Part shown: piece by piece, positions 59,702 through 64,000 of the stretch | Layout: each line of letters begins with the position of its first letter | Position numbering within the stretch: position 1 is the stretch's first letter | Assembly (NCBI GenBank): GCA_964473525.1 | Contig: CAYYPK010000017.1 | Coordinates: 1,992 to 65,991 of the forward strand | Origin: an uncultured bacterium | GTDB taxonomy: Bacteria > Poribacteria > WGA-4E > GCA-2687025 | DNA: 64,000 nucleotides | Direction of reading: 5' to 3' | Notes under the pieces: model-generated | The model's input: only the letters and a program-made list of their open reading frames with translations | The model's database searches: none | Told to the model about the DNA's origin: nothing | Made by a program: the position numbers and the translations under genes

Positions 59702-60124
59702 CTAGTCCTCGACCGCGCTGGAGCCGATCGATGCCACGGTCCACACGCCGTAGAGCACGAGCGCGCCGAAGCCTATCGCGATGAACGTGCCCATGTGCCG
59801 TCGGGCGACGGACGTTGGGATGCCGGCCTCCCACCGGGCCCGCTCCAACTCGTACGCGTAGTGCGCGGCGGACGGGTGCGTCTGGGGCGGGGGAAGCACG
59901 CCTCCCCCTCGGGCCGCGAACGCGACGCGGTAGTGGTCGCGCCACACAACCAGGCGCGTCTCGCTCGCGTCGGGCGCCGCCGTCTGCGCGCGGGCGGGAG
60001 TGTCCTCGACGCCTTCCCGCGCGACTGGGCCGACGCGGCCCGGCTCCCCTATACGACGGGGAGCGGCACAGCCGGCTACCCAGAGCGTCACGAGAGCGAG
60101 TACAAGAGCCACCGTACGACGCAT
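59702..60124 (-). CDS. Hypothetical lipoprotein (about 140 aa)
   Basis: The internal Met of track ORF 59702..60262 gives MRRTVALVLALVTLWVAGC..., a lipobox-like signal. Confidence 0.4.
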   Translation of the reverse strand: MRRTVALVLALVTLWVAGCAAPRRIGEPGRVGPVAREGVEDTPARAQTAAPDASETRLVVWRDHYRVAFAARGGGVLPPPQTHPSAAHYAYELERARWEAGIPTSVARRHMGTFIAIGFGALVLYGVWTVASIGSSAVED

Positions 60125-60173
60125 GGCGCTGGCCGCGTGGCCCAGCGTTCGTGCGGTCTCCCGCAGGCGACGT

Positions 60174-60884
60174 TCACGGCGTGGCATGTGGAAGACTCGC
60201 CTCGTAGGACAGACCGACCACGAAGAAGGAGGGGCCGGCGGCGCTACCGTCGAACCGTTCAATGTCGATGCTCACAAGCGATTGCCGCACCAGCGCGACG
60301 ACGGAGAGCGGAGACTCCGGCGCGAGCGGCCAGCGCGCGCGAGCCCCAAACACGGCGCCGCCTCCCGCCCTCGCGCGGCGGTCGCCGGCGTCGACCCGCA
60401 CGCGGACGAACGCGGCTCCGAGCGATACGGACAGGAACGAAGAGGGATTGAGCGACGCGTGCAGGTTTGGCGTGACGTCAACCGCGAAGTACTGATGCGC
60501 CGACGGCGCGTTGGGCCAACGGACGTCAGACGGCGTCTCCGTGGTGTACCGCATCCACTCCACGCCGAGGCCCCACTCGTTACGCACCCCGCCCACGCGG
60601 ATGTAAGGAGCAGCCGCGAAGCTACCGTCAGCGAACGCGCCGCCACTCGGGGGCGCAACGCCAGCAAAGCCGGCGGTAACGTCGACGGTGGCAAGGCCGA
60701 CGTCTCGGCGCATGCCTGGCTCCGCAGGAACCGACGTCGCGCGCGCCACGCGAGGGGCCGCCACGGCCACTGCGGGCGAAGCGAGCAGCAGCGCGCAAAG
60801 CGCAGCCAACGCCGCGACGCTCCCAGTCAACCGCAACACGGGCCATGTACGACCCAACGCAACGTCCGCGGGACGTGATCCCAT
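60174..60884 (-). CDS. Hypothetical secreted or outer-membrane protein
   Basis: A signal peptide (...SVAALAALCALLLASPAVAVAAP) is followed by alternating hydrophobic/polar segments suggestive of beta strands. Confidence 0.4.
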   Translation of the reverse strand: MGSRPADVALGRTWPVLRLTGSVAALAALCALLLASPAVAVAAPRVARATSVPAEPGMRRDVGLATVDVTAGFAGVAPPSGGAFADGSFAAAPYIRVGGVRNEWGLGVEWMRYTTETPSDVRWPNAPSAHQYFAVDVTPNLHASLNPSSFLSVSLGAAFVRVRVDAGDRRARAGGGAVFGARARWPLAPESPLSVVALVRQSLVSIDIERFDGSAAGPSFFVVGLSYEASLPHATP

Positions 60885-60900
60885 GCCGGTCCCTCGCTCA

Positions 60901-61344
60901 TCAGAACAGTTTGTCGGGAGCCACGAAGATCAGTAGAACCACGTCGACGATGGCCCCGGTGATAGCGCCACCGAGGACACTCCACAGCGTGTTGTCCCTC
61001 TCGACCTTCTCTATCTCGCCTATCTCTATCGCCTGTTGCCTGCCCATCCGGTCGACCACGACCACCGTGGCGGCGACTTCGTCGACCCGCGCGAACTTCC
61101 CCATCACCGTCGGAGGATCCTCGCCTCCGGGCGTGGCCGCAATCTCGGCATTCGTGCGATAGTCCTTGAGGATGACGGTGACGCCTATTCCAGGTCTGAG
61201 AGCCGCGACATCCGCCATCGGCACGGGGCTCTGAATGAAGCCGGGGTCCACCACGCCAACTGCCGCTCCCGCGACGCTACATCCCGCAATCGCGACGACG
61301 ACAACCAGCGCGGCGACCAGTAGCCAGGGAACTCTGGCGGGCAT
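60901..61344 (-). CDS. Hypothetical lipoprotein
   Basis: MPARVPWLLVAALVVVVAIAGCS is a lipobox. There is a C-terminal hydrophobic segment. Confidence 0.45.
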   Translation of the reverse strand: MPARVPWLLVAALVVVVAIAGCSVAGAAVGVVDPGFIQSPVPMADVAALRPGIGVTVILKDYRTNAEIAATPGGEDPPTVMGKFARVDEVAATVVVVDRMGRQQAIEIGEIEKVERDNTLWSVLGGAITGAIVDVVLLIFVAPDKLF

Positions 61345-61508
61345 CTGTGTAGACTCCTCCGTATGCGCGAGGCCGTGTAGCAGGGGCGTTGTCCCGCCGC
61401 GGGCAGATGTCCCAGACTCCTATACTCGTATCCAGAACAGTATACTACGGCGCCGAGGGAGAGTCACGCTCCCGCAGGTCGCACGGTCGTGTGGGCAGAA
61501 CCCCTGCG

Positions 61509-63014
61509 CTACGCGTACTTGCGTTCGAGGCTACCGGACGCCATGTCGCGCACGTGCTGCTCGGTCTCGGTTCCGAACTTCTCGCGCACCATGCCGAGGT
61601 AGGACGGGCTGCTGTAGTACGTGTCGAAGGCGGCGTCGCGGAAGCGCAAGACTTCCGATCCAGACAGATGCTTGGTGGGGAGTGGGAGCGTGTCGTACGC
61701 ATGCTGCGAGTAGCCGCTCCACGTGTCCGGCAGGCGCCACCCCTCGGCCACGGCTTGCGTGTAAAGCGGGGATCCCGGGTACGCCATCGCGCAGTAGAAG
61801 TTCGCGAACTCCGTGTTCAGTTCGAGGGCCATGTCGAGGGTGGCCTGCATCGTGTCGTGGTCGTCCTCGGGCAGGCCGAATATGTAGTTGCCCATGACGC
61901 GGATGCCGGACGCTGTCACGGCGCGGAGCGTCCCGCGGGCGGAGTCCTCGTCGAAGCCCTTGTCCACGTCGGATCGGACGCGCTCACTACCCGCCTCGAT
62001 GCCGAAGCACAGCCATGTGAAGCCGGCGGCGCGTAGCATGTCGAGCATGTCGTCCTGCACGGAGTCGACACGGGCGTACGCCCATATGTTCAGGTCGTAG
62101 CCGCGCTCGATGATGCGTTCGCAGATGCCCGTCACGTGTCGTCGGTTGAGGACGAACATCTCGTCGGCGACTTTGATGTTCCGCACGCCGTGCTCCCGCA
62201 CGAGATAGTCGATCTGGTCGACCACGACGTCCGGGCTCCACCGTCGGTAGCTGTTCGCCGATTCCTTGTAGCCCAGAAGCCGCTCGCCGTCCTTGAACGG
62301 CGCCTGTATGCAGCAGAACGAACACTTGTACGGGCATCCAAGGGTTGTGTAGACGGCAGCGTACGGTTGGCGCTGTAGATCGTCGAAGCAGTGCCAGTTG
62401 TGCGCCCGATACTCGTCCATCGGCAGTAGATCCCACGCCATGTGGGGCATCTCGCCGTCGAGATCCTGCAACAGCGGAGCGGGAGGATTCGATGCGCAAG
62501 CGCCATCGTCCTCGTACCAGAGCCCGGCGACCTTGCGGATGTCCTCAGCGCGTCCGCCGCGCAGCGCCTCCAGCAACTCGATGATCGTGTGCAGCCCTTC
62601 TCCGCCGCTCACGTACTCCGCGTCTTCCTCGCGCAGCGTGCGTTCGGGCAGCGACGCGACGTGTCCACCAACGAGTAGCGTGGGGGCCTCGGCGGCGTCC
62701 TTCAGGGCTGTGCACACGGCGCCGGCAGCAGGCATGTTCTGCGTCGAAGCCGATGGCTGGTGTCCGTATACAACCACGGCGGTCAGCAGCGGGTTGAGCC
62801 CCGCTACCCGACTCGCGACCTGCTCAGGTGAGATCGCCTCGGCGTTCATGTCCAGGAGCGCGACGGACCAACCCTTGAGACGCGCGTACGTCGCGATCAT
62901 CGCGGCCCACACGGGAGGCTCAATTGCCGCCAGATCTGCCCCGAGGGACTGATACACCTGAAAGCGGGAGCCCGGGTTCACGATCACAAGATCGACTTCG
63001 CGTCTGTTCGCCAT
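61509..63014 (-). CDS. B12-binding radical SAM protein (class B radical SAM family)
   Basis: The N-terminal cobalamin-binding-like domain (EVDLVIVNPGSRFQVY...) is followed by a CxxxCxxC cluster motif (GCPYKCSFC). The start is chosen at ATG 63012-63014 (MANRREVD...). The track ORF extends to 63092. Confidence 0.75.
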   Translation of the reverse strand: MANRREVDLVIVNPGSRFQVYQSLGADLAAIEPPVWAAMIATYARLKGWSVALLDMNAEAISPEQVASRVAGLNPLLTAVVVYGHQPSASTQNMPAAGAVCTALKDAAEAPTLLVGGHVASLPERTLREEDAEYVSGGEGLHTIIELLEALRGGRAEDIRKVAGLWYEDDGACASNPPAPLLQDLDGEMPHMAWDLLPMDEYRAHNWHCFDDLQRQPYAAVYTTLGCPYKCSFCCIQAPFKDGERLLGYKESANSYRRWSPDVVVDQIDYLVREHGVRNIKVADEMFVLNRRHVTGICERIIERGYDLNIWAYARVDSVQDDMLDMLRAAGFTWLCFGIEAGSERVRSDVDKGFDEDSARGTLRAVTASGIRVMGNYIFGLPEDDHDTMQATLDMALELNTEFANFYCAMAYPGSPLYTQAVAEGWRLPDTWSGYSQHAYDTLPLPTKHLSGSEVLRFRDAAFDTYYSSPSYLGMVREKFGTETEQHVRDMASGSLERKYA

Positions 63015-63019
63015 GCCTG

Positions 63020-64000
63020 CTACGCCTTTCGCGCTCGATCCGGCTCGCCCGTGGCCGGCACGCCCGTGGGAAGAGCGTTGAGTATGTCGCACAGCCGTTC
63101 GATCTTCTCTCGTTCCAGTCCGGGATAGTTGCCGATGTAGAACCCGTAGAAGTGCACATGCTCCGTGTGCGGATAGCTTGCGTAATCCAGTTCGCCCAAA
63201 GCCCTGCGCAGGTACGGCTGCCGCATCTGCGAGCCGCCGCCCGACAGCCCACGACGGTACTCGACACCGTGAGCGCGCAACGCGCTCGTCACCGCCTCGT
63301 ACAGCACGGGATCGGCGTGACGCTGCACGAGCGTGAAGGCGTAGTTGCTGCTACCCTCCGTGTGGAACTCCGTGCGGTACTTGTCTCCGTCCAACCGCGA
63401 GAGAAACGCCGCCAGGTTCTCCGAGCGGATGGTGTTGTTCGCGTCGAGCCGCCGCAACTGCGATCTGCCCATCGTGGCGGCGATCTCGTTGCTGCGTACG
63501 TTGTAGCCCGGATAGGCGAAGATGAAGTCCGGCGTGAGATCGTCACGCTCGGTGGCGTAACGGTCTTTGACGTCCTGAGAGCGCGCCTCTCTCACCATCC
63601 CGTGCGCGCGGAACATGCGCAGCATGTCGTACAGATCGGGATCGTCCGTGGAGACCATGCCCCCTTCGCCCGTGGTCATGTGATGGGCGTAGTAGAACGA
63701 GAAATTAGAGGCGAGACCGAACGTGCCGATCTTCCGGCCGCGGAAGGTGGCGCCGTGGGACTCGCAAGCGTCCTCGATGAGCGGCACGCCCCGCTCCGCC
63801 AGGCCTTCGAGCAGTTCGTCCGTGAGCGCGTTGTACCCCAGGACGTGGGTGAGGAAGACGGCGCGCGTTCGATCCGTGACGGCGTCTAAGACGCGGTTCG
63901 TGTCCATCCCCAGCGTGGTCGGGCTGATGTCGACGAACACGGGCTCGAAGCCAGCCGCCAGCACCGAGACGATGTCGGACACCCACGTGATCGTCGGCAC
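63020..64000 (-). CDS. DegT/DnrJ/EryC1/StrS family PLP-dependent sugar aminotransferase (C-terminal about 326 aa; the N-terminus lies beyond the window end)
   Basis: VFLTHVLGYNALTDELLEGLAERGVPLIEDACESHGATFRGRKIGTFGLASNFSFYYAHHMTTGEGGMVSTDD shows DegT-family blocks. The frame is open to 64000. The stop at 63020-63022 overlaps the next gene's start region. Confidence 0.8.
   Translation of the reverse strand: MPTITWVSDIVSVLAAGFEPVFVDISPTTLGMDTNRVLDAVTDRTRAVFLTHVLGYNALTDELLEGLAERGVPLIEDACESHGATFRGRKIGTFGLASNFSFYYAHHMTTGEGGMVSTDDPDLYDMLRMFRAHGMVREARSQDVKDRYATERDDLTPDFIFAYPGYNVRSNEIAATMGRSQLRRLDANNTIRSENLAAFLSRLDGDKYRTEFHTEGSSNYAFTLVQRHADPVLYEAVTSALRAHGVEYRRGLSGGGSQMRQPYLRRALGELDYASYPHTEHVHFYGFYIGNYPGLEREKIERLCDILNALPTGVPATGEPDRARKA

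Overview
This is a GC-rich bacterial chromosomal window with dense coding on both strands. I found no rRNA, tRNA, CRISPR array, transposase or integrase.

Gene content, in order:
- 1-1155: a partial beta-lactamase-family serine hydrolase (minus strand) and a small membrane protein.
- 1632-4672: a translationally linked GDPD, membrane coiled-coil protein and MoxR AAA+ ATPase.
- 4665-27677: three very large secreted adhesin-like genes. All three carry type IX secretion (T9SS) C-terminal sorting domains. The first is built from about 19 tandem Calx-beta-like repeats, and the other two are built from cadherin-like and Ig-like modules. Two of the three are interrupted by single-base frameshifts inside poly-G tracts (G6 and G8).
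- 27902-29854: acetyl-CoA synthetase, followed by a 187-bp tandem duplication that recopies the leader and 5' end of a DUF952 gene.
- 30641-36483: housekeeping genes, namely a DedA-like protein, YggT, two SAM methyltransferases, an NAD-dependent epimerase and a prolyl oligopeptidase.
- 36584-39148: three tandem secreted beta-sandwich paralogs.
- 39369-45097: an FAH-family hydrolase, three tandem MFS transporter paralogs, and an NAD-dependent epimerase.
- 46410-47891: an OFA-type MFS transporter.
- 48033-50467: a PhyH dioxygenase and two PhyH-like paralogs.
- 50829-52951: two secreted TolB-like beta-propeller paralogs.
- 53194-58482: a complete Pup-proteasome cluster in the order mpa-dop-pupE-prcB-prcA.
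- 58768-64000: a sugar-phosphate isomerase, two lipoproteins, a secreted hypothetical, a B12-binding radical SAM enzyme and a partial DegT-family aminotransferase.

The most interesting observations:
- A recurrent C-terminal K-x2-T-x-W-G-[DEA]-[LI]-K tail is shared by five secreted proteins of two unrelated folds. It may be an undescribed sorting or processing tag.
- Two of three giant T9SS cargo genes are broken at poly-G tracts, which could reflect phase variation or homopolymer sequencing error.
- A Pup-proteasome system sits in a genome that also has T9SS, a combination atypical for Actinobacteria.
- The MoxR ATPase has no vWA partner nearby.
- Tandem gene duplication is pervasive across the window.

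All calls rest on manual translation and motif recognition. No database searches were run.
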